A stretch of DNA of 64,000 nucleotides, from the NCBI GenBank assembly GCA_963693365.1, contig CAVNZM010000006.1, positions 9,303,355 through 9,367,354 on the forward strand, in the 5' to 3' direction. A model generated the notes under the pieces. The model had not been told where the DNA came from, ran no database searches, and saw only the letters and a program-made list of their open reading frames with translations. Made by a program: the position numbers and the translations under genes. The stretch is from Amoebidium appalachense. Its lineage: Eukaryota; Protista; Ichthyosporea. The first letter of the stretch is position 1. Every line of letters begins with the position of its first letter. This document shows, in pieces, positions 12,622 through 26,574 of this stretch.

Positions 12622-13035
12622 GTGCACACACACACACACACACCGTGCACACACACACACACACATGCATGCTGGGTGTCACCCAATATGAAACAACTTC
12701 ACCCCGCTGTGCATACCATGCCAACGAGCAGCTCCACGGGCACGATCCGGTATACGGCCAATACAAAATCCACCTTACTGTCCTTATGTTCTTTTTTGGC
12801 TATTAGTGATTGTCTAATATAGGGTCATCATATGCATTTGGTCCGCCGTTGACTATGATATAGGCCCAGGGCTTCTGGGGCATTTAGGCTTAATGCCCCA
12901 GGATTCAGAGTACGATCTGAGGCCTCAAGCCCCTCCAGTTTGCGGGAGTACTGGCTAAAGGTCGAGGCGTCTTTTATTTTCAGATTGTAATCCCGCCGTT
13001 GTGTGCGTGTGTGTGTGTGTGTGAAGGGGTGGGGG

Positions 13036-13071
<36 letters not shown>

Positions 13072-13079
13072 GATAGGGG

Positions 13080-13218
13080 AAAGATCCAGTAGATCTAGAT
13101 GGGAATGGGCATTTTTTGTGTGTGTACACGTGTGTGTGTGTCTTAGGGCCGGGGGGAGGGGTGGGGGGGAGGGGTGGAGGAGTGCGGTGGGATCTAGTAG
13201 AAGAGAAGGAGCTTTTAT

Positions 13219-13251
<33 letters not shown>

Positions 13252-13438
13252 GGAAGAGGGGGGCTAAAAGGGAAGCAGCTTTGGAGTTTCACGCACACCG
13301 TCACCCGCACACGTGCCCCTGCGTGTGTCTTGGTGGGGGGGAGGGGAGAAGCGGGAACCAGTAGAAGGAATTTGAGTAAAGGAGCTTCTATTTTTCGTGT
13401 GTGTGCGTGTGTGTGTGTTTGTTCTTGTGTGCGCGCAC

Positions 13439-13496
<58 letters not shown>

Positions 13497-14475
13497 TCAA
13501 TTTGGACGAAGGGGGGGGGGGGGGGGGTAAGGAGGGGGGAAGGAAGGATCCAGTAGAATGGAAGGAGAGCTTTTATTTTTCGTGTGTGTGTGTGTGTGTG
13601 TCTGTGTCTTGGAAGGGAGGAACTTCCGGGGGGGGGGGGGGGGGATTCAGTAAAAGGCAAGGAGCTTTGATTTTCCGTGGGCGTGTGTGTGTGTGCGTGT
13701 GTTGGAAGAATATGTGGGGGTGGGGGGGGGGGGGGGGGGGGGGAGGCCCTGGGGGGGGGGGAAGGCGGGGATCCAGTAGAAGGGAAGAAGCTTTTATTTT
13801 TCACGTGTGCGCGTGTGTCTTGACGAGGGGCAGGGGCGCCGCGGGGGAGGGGGGGGGGGAAGGGAGGGATCCAGTAGAAGGGAAGAAGCTTTTATTTTTC
13901 ACGTGTGCGCGTGTGTCTTGACGAGGGGCAGGGGCGCCGCGGGGGAGGGGGGGGGGGAAGGGAGGGATCCAGTAGCCTGAGGGAAGGAGCCTTTATTTTT
14001 CACGTGTGCGCGTGTGTCTTGACGAGGGGCAGGGGCGCCGCGGGGGAGGGGGGGGGGGGGGAAGGGAGGGATCCAGTAGCCTGAGGGAAGGAGCCTTTAT
14101 TTTTCACGTGTGCGCGTGTGTCTTGACGAGGGGCAGGGGCGCCGCGGGGGGGGGGGGGGGGGGGGGGGAAGGGAGGGATCCAGTAGCCTGAGGGAAGGAG
14201 CTTTTATTTTTCACGTGTGTGCGTGTGTCTTGACGAGGGGCAGGGGCGCCGGCGGGGGGGGGGGGGGGGGGGGGGGGGGGAAGGGGAGGGATCCAGTAGC
14301 CTGAGGGAAGGAGCTTTTATTTTTCACGTGTGTGCGTGTGTCTTGACGAGGGGCAGGGGCGCCGGCGGGGGGGGGGGGGGGGGGGGGGGGGAAGGGGAGG
14401 GATCCAGTAGCCTGAGGGAAGGAGCTTTTATTTTTCACGTGTGTGCGTGTGTCTTGACGAGGGGCAGGGGCGCCG

Positions 14476-14517
<42 letters not shown>

Positions 14518-14551
14518 AGGATCCAACAGAAGGGAAGGAGTTTTATTTTTG
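13080..14551. repeat. Minisatellite of ~100-120 bp units (conserved ~75 bp core plus variable poly-G), about 13-14 copies
   Basis: Core GGATCCAGTAG(CCTG/AAG)..GGAAGGAGCTTTTATTTTTCACGTGTG.GCGTGTGTCTTGACGAGGGGCAGGGGCGCCG near-identical at ~13769, 13867, 13965, 14068, 14176, 14289 and 14400, partial at 14519; degenerate copies at 13080-13700. Confidence 0.92.
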
Positions 14552-14997
14552 ATGCCAACCAGAAACATAGATCTGTGCATAACTACGTCACAGTACATAA
14601 CACTGTCTTATCGTTAGATAACACCAATACGAGATCGGTGCTATACGAAGGTCTCCCCGTGCGACGTTAAATTACATCACTACAAAAGAAAAATACAACA
14701 CATGTGCTTTCTTTCTGTTAACTTGTTGCTCTACAACGTCAGCAAACACTACGACACTATTGCACTATTGACCAAAAACTTGTCTAATCTAAAAGTCTTA
14801 GTGCGGTAGGTGTCGACCCAATCAATATGAAATTCCTGGGTTGCAACGGTGGACCATAACTTCGGGGGATAAATCAACTTCACCAGTACTCCGATAACCA
14901 GGCAAATTTCTGAACAAATACTATCAAATATGCATCCACGATAACCACAATTATTTTAAGTTTTAAACCAACTTAACCCTTGATTTTTCGTTTTAGT

Positions 14998-15131
14998 TTA
15001 ACGCAGGCGCAGCCAGACCGCCGAGTTGCATTTGAAGCCGGAGCCAAAGCCAAGTTGGAGTGTGCGGTCTCCCTTCTGCATGCGGCCGCTGGTCTCCAGA
15101 TACTCGAGCTCATACCAGATGGACGAGCTGT

Positions 15132-15188
<57 letters not shown>

Positions 15189-15264
15189 GTGTGTGTGTGT
15201 TCACACCCGCCTGTGTTGTTGTGATGGTGGTGGTGGTGTGTTGGTTGGTCTTTTTTTTTTTTTT

Positions 15265-15295
<31 letters not shown>

Positions 15296-15807
15296 GGGAG
15301 GGGGGAGGGGGGGGAGGGAAGGAAAAGGGTGTCCTTTAGTCACCTCTTGGCAGAAAATAGGATATGAGAATACGTGAGAGAAAGGTTATGCAGCACATGC
15401 AGTGTTTGGGTGGGGACAGTGTGCCTGCATGCAAAATAATACACACATGTACGTGTGCATGCAGCATGCATGTAACAGCCGTAGATAAGATATAGCGCTG
15501 TATCCCAGCAGATAGTCCATGTCCCCTTTTTAGACATTTCATGCCATATATGGTATCATTTGGTGCATTATGATAGGACGGGATCCTTGCCTGCTTGTGT
15601 TGCCATAGTAATAGAGTGCCATGCGGCTGGGCTCCAAATGGTGCGGCATCAGGGCAAGACTCTTCTCCACCCCGTCCAGCACACCCCTACCCCCCGCATG
15701 GATGCAGAAGTGATCAAATGCACGCTTGAAGTCGGGCACATAGCGCGGTACGTCGGGGATCTTGGCCGTGATCTGATTATAATGTGTGTGTGTGTGTGTG
15801 TGTTGGT

Positions 15808-15846
<39 letters not shown>

Positions 15847-16290
15847 AGGGAGGGCCGAAGGAGAGAGAGGCACAGGGGGGTTAGTACCGTGTTGCATTAG
15901 TCAGGAGAAAGCTATATTATGATCTTTACATTTGTGTGATTCGAGAGAACTGTTTCCGAGACATCACGTATCCGTTTGTCAACGTGCTAAATCAAACTGA
16001 CAAATGGCACCAAGAAATGGTACCAACTACGGAAGGGGTACAGGGAAGTGAGTGAGTGGTTGTGTGTGTATGTGTGTGTGTGTGTATGTGTGTGTGTTGT
16101 GGTGGTGTTTTGGTGGTGGTGGTGGTGGTGCGTTTGGGGGGGGAAGGGGGGGGGGGGGATGTATATCAAGTAAGCGGGTGGCAGCCATGGCAGCAAAACC
16201 ATCAAAGCATAAGATAATAAGACAAAATTTCGAAATCAAAACACGCAGGTAGATTTTTATTATTATTTATTATTATTATTTATTTATTTT

Positions 16291-16335
<45 letters not shown>

Positions 16336-17202
16336 ATACCTGGGCCAGACCGCATGACTTTGCGAGTTTCTTTGCCATCTTGACTGCAGGGCCACCAACC
16401 GTAGCAGCCACAACCTTCAGTAGCTCCCTCACGGGCAGCACATGCGGCCTAGAAGGGGTTAATAAATAAGTCAGTGGTTGGCAAGAAGCATTGAATGTTT
16501 TTAATACGACATGGAGTGCTACACGTGTATGTTCGACCTACATGTAATACCCGGAAAGCCGCAATATTCACACACGAAGTTCTCGAACATCGAATATATA
16601 TGGGCTTTTCACATTTCTCAGTTGCCTTCACCTCATCTTCCATCGTGCTTCTGAGTGTCCCCCCCCCCCCCAAAACACACACACACCAATCCCCACGAGG
16701 GCTCCTGACACATCGACCCCCCCCCCCCCCCCCCCCCCCCTCCCTTCCCCGGGGCTTCATCATCCCTTCTCATCCCTTGGGCGCCTTCATCCCCCCCCCC
16801 CCCCCCCCCCTGCGTTTTCCTTTCTCAACACAATCAGCATACACCCAGGGCATATAGCTGTCAGCACTCACCCGAGGTTTGTCAGATTTGACGTCATCGT
16901 CTTGCCGGCCACAGCAACAATGTCCTTGGACAGCTGCACACCCTTACGAGTACCCTCGGAGTCCTGTGAATGTGCACATAAACATCAGCAAATTGAAACG
17001 GATGAGCACAAAAATATCATCGAATTGAAATGGATGGTCACATAATAATCAGTGACTTGCAATGGTAGCTCTCACAAATAAAAATGAACTTCAATGGATA
17101 CGTGCATCAATATCAGCAAACGGCAAGATTATAAGGGCACACGTATCATCGGGCTTTTGTCGGCGCACGGTCATTAAAAGGTGGTTTTTTTTTTTGTTTT
17201 GT

Positions 17203-17238
<36 letters not shown>

Positions 17239-17256
17239 GGAGGGGGGGAAAGGGGG

Positions 17257-17334
<78 letters not shown>

Positions 17335-17909
17335 CAGACATTGGGGGGGGGGGGGGGGGGAGGGGGGGAGGGGGAAAGCACCGATCAAAACAGGTCAACG
17401 GAGAAGACCATGAGAGAAGATGTAGCCAGACAGAACAGATGTGTGTGCGTGTGTGCACGTGTGTGTGTACGGGCGCATTTGCATGTGGTGTGCAGGTGCA
17501 GAAGTGGTTCAACTTCAATTTTAAGGCAACACACCCAACAAAAGCAGTTAAAAGCCAACACAAAACATGCACAACACACAGCACGCACCTCGCACTCATA
17601 CACGGTCCTGTAAGCCTCCTCGCTGCTATTCTGTACCCTCAGGGTGTGCAGCAACTTGTATTTGGCCTTGAACCCGTCAGACCGCCGGCTGGAAAGGAGA
17701 ATGGCTGCTGCACCCGCCCTACACCCCACCACGTGGTTTGGACCACAACGGAGTTTCATGTGTGCCAAAAAGTACAACCCTCCCCTCCCTTTCCCCTACA
17801 CACACACACGCACAAGCGTGCCTTTCTGCAAATACTTGATTACTTATCGACGTGGCATGGGATGTAATTAAAAGTGTGTAGCATACCCCTTGTCCTTCCC
17901 CCCCCCCCC

Positions 17910-17940
<31 letters not shown>

Positions 17941-18405
17941 ACAAAAATCCCTTCTGTCAAACACACAATGGTGTTTCAATAGGTGTGCAAATGAGTATAA
18001 GTGAGCAAGTGTGTGTGTGGTGTGCAAAAGGGGGAAGAGTCGGGGGGGGGGGGGGGGGGGGGGGGATAAATTGGGGCAGTAATAGTTGGGTGCCGGTGAG
18101 GGAGAAGGCCGGGCAAGGTGTTGCATGTGCATCTGTGGGGGGTGATGGTGTAAAGCTACGGGAGACTTGCCTGAAGAGGGTGTTCTGCATAAGGAAGGAC
18201 TTTTCGGAGCCGAAGTAGAGCCCCTTGGAGAGATTCTCTGTGCTGACCTGTTGATTTAAGCATCGTGTCAGTCAGGGGTATTGGTTTGACGGGCATGGGA
18301 TTGGGTGGATGGGGGTTGAGGGGAGGGGAGGGGGAGAGGAGGATTCTGTTTCTGCTCATGTTTGCCTATCTATCTATTATACTTGCTTGTTCCTTTCTTT
18401 TCAAT

Positions 18406-18438
<33 letters not shown>

Positions 18439-19163
18439 GGGGGGGGGGGGGGGGGGGGAAGGATGCCAGCAAGCTGGGGTTACACAGAAACAGAGAAAAA
18501 TTGTAGTGGAACCACCGACTTCACCCCCCCTCCCCCCCCGTTTTTGGCAACCATGAGGTGGAAAATGCAATGCCCAACACCTCATTGCGAACACACACGA
18601 GAACACATAGACGTTTACAAATCATCCCCCTTCACCCTATCAGAGCCTTCTACTTCGTCCCTCTCCAAGGAGGGGGTGGGGTGGGGGGGAGGGGGGGGAG
18701 GGGGCAAAATCCCATTAAACGTATTTTGAACCTGTGTTCGTGTGTGAGTGGCGCCGGCTCCTAACCGCCCTCCCCCCCCCCCCCCCCCCCCCCTCCCCCC
18801 CCCCTTCCCCTCGCCCCCCTTTCTTTACCACGCCGTCCTCCGACACGCAGGCCACCTAAGCCTTACAGCAGGGGAAAAAACCCAATACTCCAGGTACTTT
18901 CGTTATGCTTCACTTTAAGCATCCAGACACCCTGATCATTCCTCAACCACCGCCCAAATAAACCCCCCCAAACCCTTTTGAATCACTCACCACCAGTGCT
19001 CTCTTTCCCGGGTTCAGTGTCAATAGCTGCCGAGCCAAGTCGACACTAATCAGACCAGCAGAGCAGCCCATGCCACCCAGATTGAATGTCTGCACCGTGG
19101 GCTTGATCTGTGTACGTGTGTGTGTACGTGTGTACGTGTGTGTTAATGTGTTTGTGTGTGTGT

Positions 19164-19204
<41 letters not shown>

Positions 19205-19211
19205 GGTTGGG

Positions 19212-19271
<60 letters not shown>

Positions 19272-19325
19272 TACATGTGCGTGTGTGTGTGGGGGGGGGG
19301 GGGGGGGGGTTGGGTTGGGTGGGCA

Positions 19326-19365
<40 letters not shown>

Positions 19366-20044
19366 TGTGTGTATGCATGCATGTGCGCGTGTGTATGAAT
19401 GTGCCATGAAGGCTTGTTTTTTCGTGTGCTTGCAGTGTAGTTGTCAGGATAGGACCAAGGCATACCCCGTGTGAGTGGGTTTATGCAAGTTTGCATTAGA
19501 GAGCTCTCAAAGGGACAAGATCGGATATCCGATATGCGATCGTATAACCCCCCCCCCCCCCCCCCCCCTCCCCCCTCCCCCTCATTCTCCTACAATCCCC
19601 CTTGCTTTGGGCCGTAAGAAACAACACACCAACATTGCCCAATTCAAACCCGTGAATAACTGCATTAACAGCCGTTAGAGCAGTGCAGCCTGAAACGTCG
19701 TGATGGTAGTACTAGCTTTAATATTATTGTTGCTTTTGTTTTTGTTATTATTATTATCATTGGCATTATTATTTGGGTGGGTGGGGATGGGTTGGGTTGG
19801 GTTGAAGAAGGGGGGAGGGGAAGGGGGGAGGAGAGCGAAGAGGGGGGCTAAAGGTAAACCTTGTAGTGGTTGCAGATGAGAGCACACAGGGAGGGTGTGG
19901 GTGTGAACACACTGCAGTTGACAATCAGAAAGTCCACATCCTTGATCTGTCCATAGTGCATGTCAGCAAACGATCCCATTCCTGAACCCTTTATCATCCA
20001 AACATTCTCCGGTACCTCCGCTCTCCCGCCCTCCCCACCCTTTG

Positions 20045-20076
<32 letters not shown>

Positions 20077-20438
20077 AAAAAAAAAAAAAGAAAAGAAAAA
20101 AAAAAAAACAATCACCTCCCTTCTTCCCCATTCCCTTCCTTTTTTCTATCCCCCTCCCCCCCCCCCTCCCCCCCCCCCCCCCCCCCCCCCCCCTCCCCCC
20201 CCCCTCCCCCCTCCCCTACCCTCCCCCCTTCCCCCTGTCACCTCCCTTTCCCCCCACACAAAAAAAAAATCACCACCCTTGTTCCCCACTCCCTTCCTTT
20301 TTTCTATCCCCCTCTCAACTCCCCCCCCCCCCCCCTCCCCCTCTCTTCCCCTCCCCATATCACCTTCCTTTCCCCCCATTCCCTTCCTCTTTTCTAACCT
20401 CCTCTCTCCCTCCCCATCTCACCCCCCCCCCCCCCCCC

Positions 20439-20480
<42 letters not shown>

Positions 20481-20893
20481 CCCACAACCATGCCTCTCCA
20501 GCATACATTGTATGGCTGCCGTGATCTTGTTACACTCTCAAACCACCATCATCTATGCCAGCAATATAACCCACCACATAAAATATTAATTAACTCAGGC
20601 CGGCCTCCACACACACACCTGACTTCCGTCAAAAACCATCACACCTCACCCCACCCATTCTCCACAACAACCAATGCAAACATAAGGAATCCAATCCCCC
20701 CCTCCCCCGGGGCCCCGACCCGCCCCGGAAAACACACACACAGGCCTACACCCAAGTATCCCGAAGACCAACGAATGCAAGACCCAGAAAAATGGGGGCT
20801 CCCGCCACTTCCCCTCCCTTCCACCCCCCCCCCCCCCCCCCTTCTCTGCTGCCCCCCAAAAACACACACAAACACGCGCGCGCGCTCTCTTCC

Positions 20894-20937
<44 letters not shown>

Positions 20938-21968
20938 CCCGCCCGCCCGCCCGCTCCATCCTCCCCCCCCCCCCCCCCCCCCCTTCTCCCTCCCCTTCCC
21001 CAGCAGGTATACCCGAGAAGCGCACCTTCAAACCAGTCTTAGCCACGAGCTCGTCAATGGCTCCAAACATGACAGTGCTCGCTTCCTCCCGTGCCCCGGC
21101 CATGTTCAACTTGCCGCCCGTCTCGTCCTTAAGTGCCTCGGTGAAGCTGGGTGGCCATGGGGTGCACTGGCTGGTGCCTGCACAAGTGGTTGAAAGTTAG
21201 GGATAATGCTTTCTGTGAGGATGTGACAACAAAACTTGAAGGATAAAGATCAAGATGTAAAACACGTGAAAAAGAAAATACAGAATCAGTGTTAGGGAGT
21301 CAAGAAAACATGGAAACATCGTGTGGCAAGTGCGCCATGCAGAAGGCACAGACACCTTACATCTTGCGGTTCTTACACTAGGCTAGGCAAAACATTGTGC
21401 AAAGGGCTTCCAGGCAACACCTACCGCTCTTATCGAGCACTCTCCTCATGAAGTCCAAACTTTCATCCGTTAGCTGGCCCCGTGACAAGTTCTTCAAGAT
21501 CGCCAGGATGTCATCGTGGGACACCTTCCAGGAATCAGGTGCTTTGAACGTCCCAAAGTCCACACAATACACAGGTGTACCGCCGTAGATGAACCACAAA
21601 CACACCACTACAGTTAGGGGAATAACCCTCCACGTAAGAAGAAGACACTCAAGCAAGGCCCTAACATAAACTGCCCCCTGGCTCCAAGCACTCAAAATAG
21701 CGCCGGGGGACAGATCCAACCCAACCACCTCGGTAAGTAGATTTGCAATCAGTGCCGCGGCCAGACTGAATAAAATCACCGGCGCCAGTTGGTATGTGCC
21801 TGCATGAACAGAGTCTACCAACCACAAACGGAACGACTTTGTTCGCTCGACGTCGACCCTCACAGTGGGTGGGGCGGGAACCGAACTGGTAGTTTCTTTC
21901 ACCGCGGCAGTCAGCACGTCGTTTTCACCTGGGGTAGTGGTCCCGTTCCCGTTTGCGGTCCCCATCAT
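14998..21968 (-). CDS. KCS: 3-ketoacyl-CoA synthase (FAE1/KCS-type very-long-chain fatty-acid elongase condensing enzyme), 10 exons
   Basis: Exons 21968-21425, 21177-21026, 19946-19860, 19107-18991, 18247-18171, 17718-17589, 16963-16872, 16448-16340, 15772-15591, 15127-14998, all phase-consistent. N-terminal hydrophobic segments, then [19 protein letters not shown], catalytic [56 protein letters not shown] and [13 protein letters not shown]. Confidence 0.96.
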
Positions 21969-23212
21969 GGCCTAAAGCAAAGCCCCAACCCGTACTAGAT
22001 AAACAGAGACGTGCTTTTTGCCTAGTGTGCTAAGATATCCGGCCCAGAAAGAAACTAAACGATCCACGTCCAAGCTCAGTCCGGCTGGCCTGACGCACTG
22101 AACACTCCGGGTCTGTATACGCGTGTGGCCGTCGCCGATCCCCGTTTTGATTTTGTTTATGTGCGGGGGAAAAGCGGTGATGGCTGCAACATGACCTGAA
22201 ACGAATAGATATGATTTTACTCATTTTCTGATTGGATGCGACATTCGAATGAATCGTTTATATCCGGGGGTCCGGAATCTGCTGTGTGCAGTGTTAATAC
22301 CATGCCATGTATGGCGAAGGTAATACGGTAGCAGGTTTCTATAAAGGTATAAGCACATATAGGATAATAGTTCATGCTCAATTTGGGGCAGTAGCTTACG
22401 CTCTGCCTCCTGCTACGCCAGTGATATCATCAGAAACGGGGTTTACACGCACTGCCACTGGTTGTATCAGCTGAGGCTTTCTGATTGGCGCCTAAGGTAC
22501 CAATGCTTTTTATTGGTGGAGATATACCAATCACAGCAAACTTATTGAAGAAACTTCCTCGTGTTGCCGTTCGAACTTCGGGAAATCCCATTTTTTCTTT
22601 GTTGTGCACGTGCTTTCTAAATGTAGGTTTGTGCTGTGTCGCCCCAAGGCCAGAATATGACAGAGCTACAGTTGTGACCCTCCCCCCAACCCCCTCCAAT
22701 CACACAAACACACACACCTCATACAACTGCAATTGGTAACAGACCAAGGTAACGAGAAAGATTCCATGGAGTTTGTGAAGAAACATGGCAGTGGCCATCA
22801 CCGAGATGGCCATCGATTTCATTCCTGTTGCCCGGCTAAAAAGCTCTAGTGTCTCATGAACACACAAACGTGGCCTATCGGCAAACACCCAATAACAGCT
22901 ATCTGTCCTCAGATCTACCATCGCAAAGTCAAGATGCCGTTCCATGCAATGTCAAGATGTGTGTGATAGGTAAAGTGGTGTGTACATATGAGGTGGGTCA
23001 AATAAAGTAACGTGATGTGTAAGAGGTAAGTCGAAGGTAAAGCAACGTTATGTATACAGGGGCAAGTCAAACGTCAACACTATCGGTCTAGTTCCCCCGG
23101 CGTAAGTGAGACAGTGCCTATTATGCCAAAAAATTGACGAAGCATATCTCAAAAGTTGTCTCACTGAACAAGCTATTCAGCAGCAAACATGGAGCCTAGA
23201 AAAGACTCCAAG

Positions 23213-23729
23213 TTAGCCCGCAGGGACACCCGTGCGCTCGGCCCACTCCAGCCAGCTGCCCTTGTAGTTCCTTACGTTCCTGTATCCCATCTCCTTGGCC
23301 ATCTGGCACGCAGTCTCGGATCTCCTCCCCGACCGGCAGTGGAAGATAATATTCGTGTCGGGAAGGAACTTAGAGAACCCATAACGTTCCTCAAAGACCT
23401 CATCCGCAAGTCCAAGAGCCAAACTGACTTCACCCAACGGCAAGAGCTTTGCACCTGGAATGAAGCCCTTCTGGTACTCGAACGGCTCACGAACATCAAC
23501 GATGACGGTGTTGGGCTGTCACGGTGAACGATGGAATGGGTGGATGCGGGGTAGAAAGCATGTGCATGTGCATGTGCGTGTGTGCGTGTGCGTGTGTTTG
23601 TGTGTGTGTACGCGCAGGTGCGTGTGTGCGAAGGTGTGTACATGCATTTTTTGCGTACGTGTCGACCACCGTAAGCAGTCCATGAAATGACGTATCATAG
23701 TGAGGAGTTGTATGTGCGCGCGCGCATGT

Positions 23730-23760
<31 letters not shown>

Positions 23761-25701
23761 GGGGGGGAGGGGGTATGGGAGGATGAGTACACAAGCCAAG
23801 GGAGACACATGGGAAGAAGGAAGGAAACCGGGGGGGGGGGGGGAAGGGGGGGGGGGGGAGGGGGGGGGGGGGAGGGGGGTGGGGAACAAGTACCCGAAAG
23901 AAAACAAACCACCATGCACATCTGACAATGCTTTAAAGCGAAGGTCAAGTGTTCAGGTGCTCTTGCTGTTTGAGCCGAGGGGAAGGAGGGAGCGGAGGGG
24001 GAGGACAAGCTTGAGCCATTATTATGAGTATCGACCAAACCACACACAGCCACACTTCTACCCATTCTTCCCGTTTTTCCGCCCTGCTCATTTCCCCCCA
24101 ACAAAATGTGCCGTACCCACAGAAATCACCACGATCACACCACACATCTTCAGCACAAACGGTTCCTCACCCACATAAACAGATCCACCCCGCCCCTCCT
24201 CTCCCCCCCCCCACCCCAAAAACAAAAGGAAAAAGAAAAATAAGAAAACGACCTATTCTTAGTCCCTCCAAAACACTTCCACATTGACTCACACAACTTT
24301 CTCTTGTACTACACTGTTTTCCATAACCCAACCCCTCCCCTCCCCCCTCTTCCTGCGGGGTCCAACAGCCACACAGCCACGCAAGAACGGTTGAACCACC
24401 ATCATCACCCCCTCGTCCCTCCTCATATGTTTCCACAAACACCCTCCCCCCTCCCCCCTCCCACCTCCTACACACACACACCCCTCTCCCACGGGATCCC
24501 CTCTCCCTCTCCCCCCTCCCCCCGCAGGATCCCCCAGAAGTTAGGCACCAAACAGTGCTCCTACACACCTTGGGGTCTTTGGTCAGTGCCATCACCTCTT
24601 CAAAGCTAATCACTGGGGCAGGGGCTGTGTCGGTCATGTCCGGGGGCACGCCACTGCTGTAGGCACGTGTTTGCCACGTGGCAGCACGGCACACGGGCAC
24701 AGCCGCAAGAGACTGACGAGAATCATGGCTCAAAATGTGTGCTGCGGAGGAGTGTGTGTAAGAGAGAGGAAAATGCTACTAAGCTGGGAGATGATGAAAG
24801 AACAAGGACCAGGCCAAGTGAGAGTTCGAAAGGGCTCGAAGATGCAGAGCGGATCTTGGGGAAAGTTCATATGGGCATAAAAATAGAGGAAGGGCAGGGG
24901 GAGCCGGAAGCAAGCAGAGCAGGAGGCAAAAGCTGTTCAACATGCCTGAACTGCTAGTAAGTTAGTTAGTAAGGGGACAGATGGGAGGGTAGTACCCCGG
25001 CAGGAAACACAAGGAAAGAAAAGAAAGAAAGGAGACCGTGTAGGCGTGCTGGCAATCTCAACCACCAAGCGCAAAGTACATGAGGATGTAGTTTCTTGAA
25101 GTGCACGAGTGCCTGAAGCGTACTCGTTGTTGTCCGTCATGCGTGCGTGCTTGTGCACGTGTGCATTCGCAGGTGCATAAGTCAAAGCGTCCTGAGTAAA
25201 GCTTCGAAAAACCTGCAGGGCATCAACCCTGCAGTTCATGCGCCCACACGATAATCGCTAGCCCAAAACACCTACACCCTTGCTTGCGCCTATAACAGTG
25301 CTCCTACCCGCACAAACACAAGAACATGCACGTGGGTACCGGCGCCTCGACTCGAGCTTCACGCAAATAAGGTGCAGGACAGAGGAACCAAAGAGGCTTC
25401 ATCAGAAGTTGCATGCAGGAGAAATGGGATGCAAAAACTCGAACTCAAGTGTCAGGGGTCACCGATGAGCGCAAAACACATGCACACACCGTGAGCGACA
25501 ACGGGGAGTGGAAGAAGGAGAAAGGAGGCTAGAAGGAGAAAGGGGGAGCCTCGGAAGAGTGTGTGCGTGCGAGGTGAAGGGGAGAGGAAGAGAGAGAGAG
25601 AAAAACCCACCCCGAGCTGCAGCCAGTAGGCTGGGTGTCGCTGTGGCCACATGGCGCCGCACCGCCACCCGTCCGGCAGCCGTGAGAGCACGTGACAGCA
25701 T
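23213..25701 (-). CDS. Single-domain rhodanese/thiosulfate sulfurtransferase with probable mitochondrial presequence (intact copy), 3 exons
   Basis: Exons 25701-25611, 24741-24569, 23515-23213, phases consistent. Arg/Ala-rich N-terminus MLSRALTAAGRVAVRR and a RAYSS cleavage-like site; rhodanese motifs VIVDVREPFEYQKGFIPGA, active loop FHCRSGRRS, and NYKGSWLEW. Resembles yeast Rdl1/Rdl2-type proteins. Confidence 0.93.
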
Positions 25702-26574
25702 GGTGTGCGTGTGCTTGCGTGTTCAAGTCAATAAGGTGCTTGTAGCAAACGGCCGCCGTGTTTTTCAAACTTGCGGCATGTATGTACAAGAACAAAAAGA
25801 AAGCACCCGCTTTGCAGTGGCCGGGCACGGATCGCTCATCCATGGCCAGATCAGTCGTGACGTAATTATGTATATCTGATCGGCTTGTTTTTTTTCACTT
25901 TTTATTTTGTGCATACATGTGGGCCGCGGTGCCACGGTACCAGTTGTGTCCACGGCCCTCTCAACACATTGTCTCCCCCCCAGAACACGACCTAGATTTA
26001 CGGTTTGCCAAACAAGCACAGTACCCTAAACAGCCCCCTCCCCCCCTCCCCCCCCCCCCCCCCCCCCCCCCCCCCCGCACACACACACCGACACACACAC
26101 ACACACACACACCACACACCATGCATGCGTGCACTTGGTGAGAGATAAGTCACCGTAGCTAGAAAGTGCAAGCGCTTACATTGGGAAGAAAAACTATATG
26201 CACAAGGGACCATGCCAAAGGTACGGCGGTCATGGGTTTCTGTCCCGTTACACAGCGAATGCATTCTACTAAGTAGTGTCATGCACGCACAACGTTAACC
26301 GTTCTGATAGCTGTCAAGTTCGGTACATACAAGTCTGCGATGGTTCAGTATTGAGTTATGTGTAATGTGTACAGAGGGAAGTCAAAGTGTATACACAGAA
26401 GCAAGTCCACGGTCAGCAATACCGGCCTGGTTCCCCCGGCATGCTCCCATCCCACTCACTCAATGAGACGGTGCCTATTATGCTAAGAGATCTAACAAGA
26501 AGCAGGGGGCAAAAAGTGGTCCCCCGGATGAACAAACTATTTAGCGAACAAAAACGCTAAGACTACGCCACAAG

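Noticed and set aside
13080-14551. CRISPR-like repeat-spacer array
   Set aside because: Repeats are about 75 bp, spacers are only poly-G, the context is eukaryotic and no cas genes are present.
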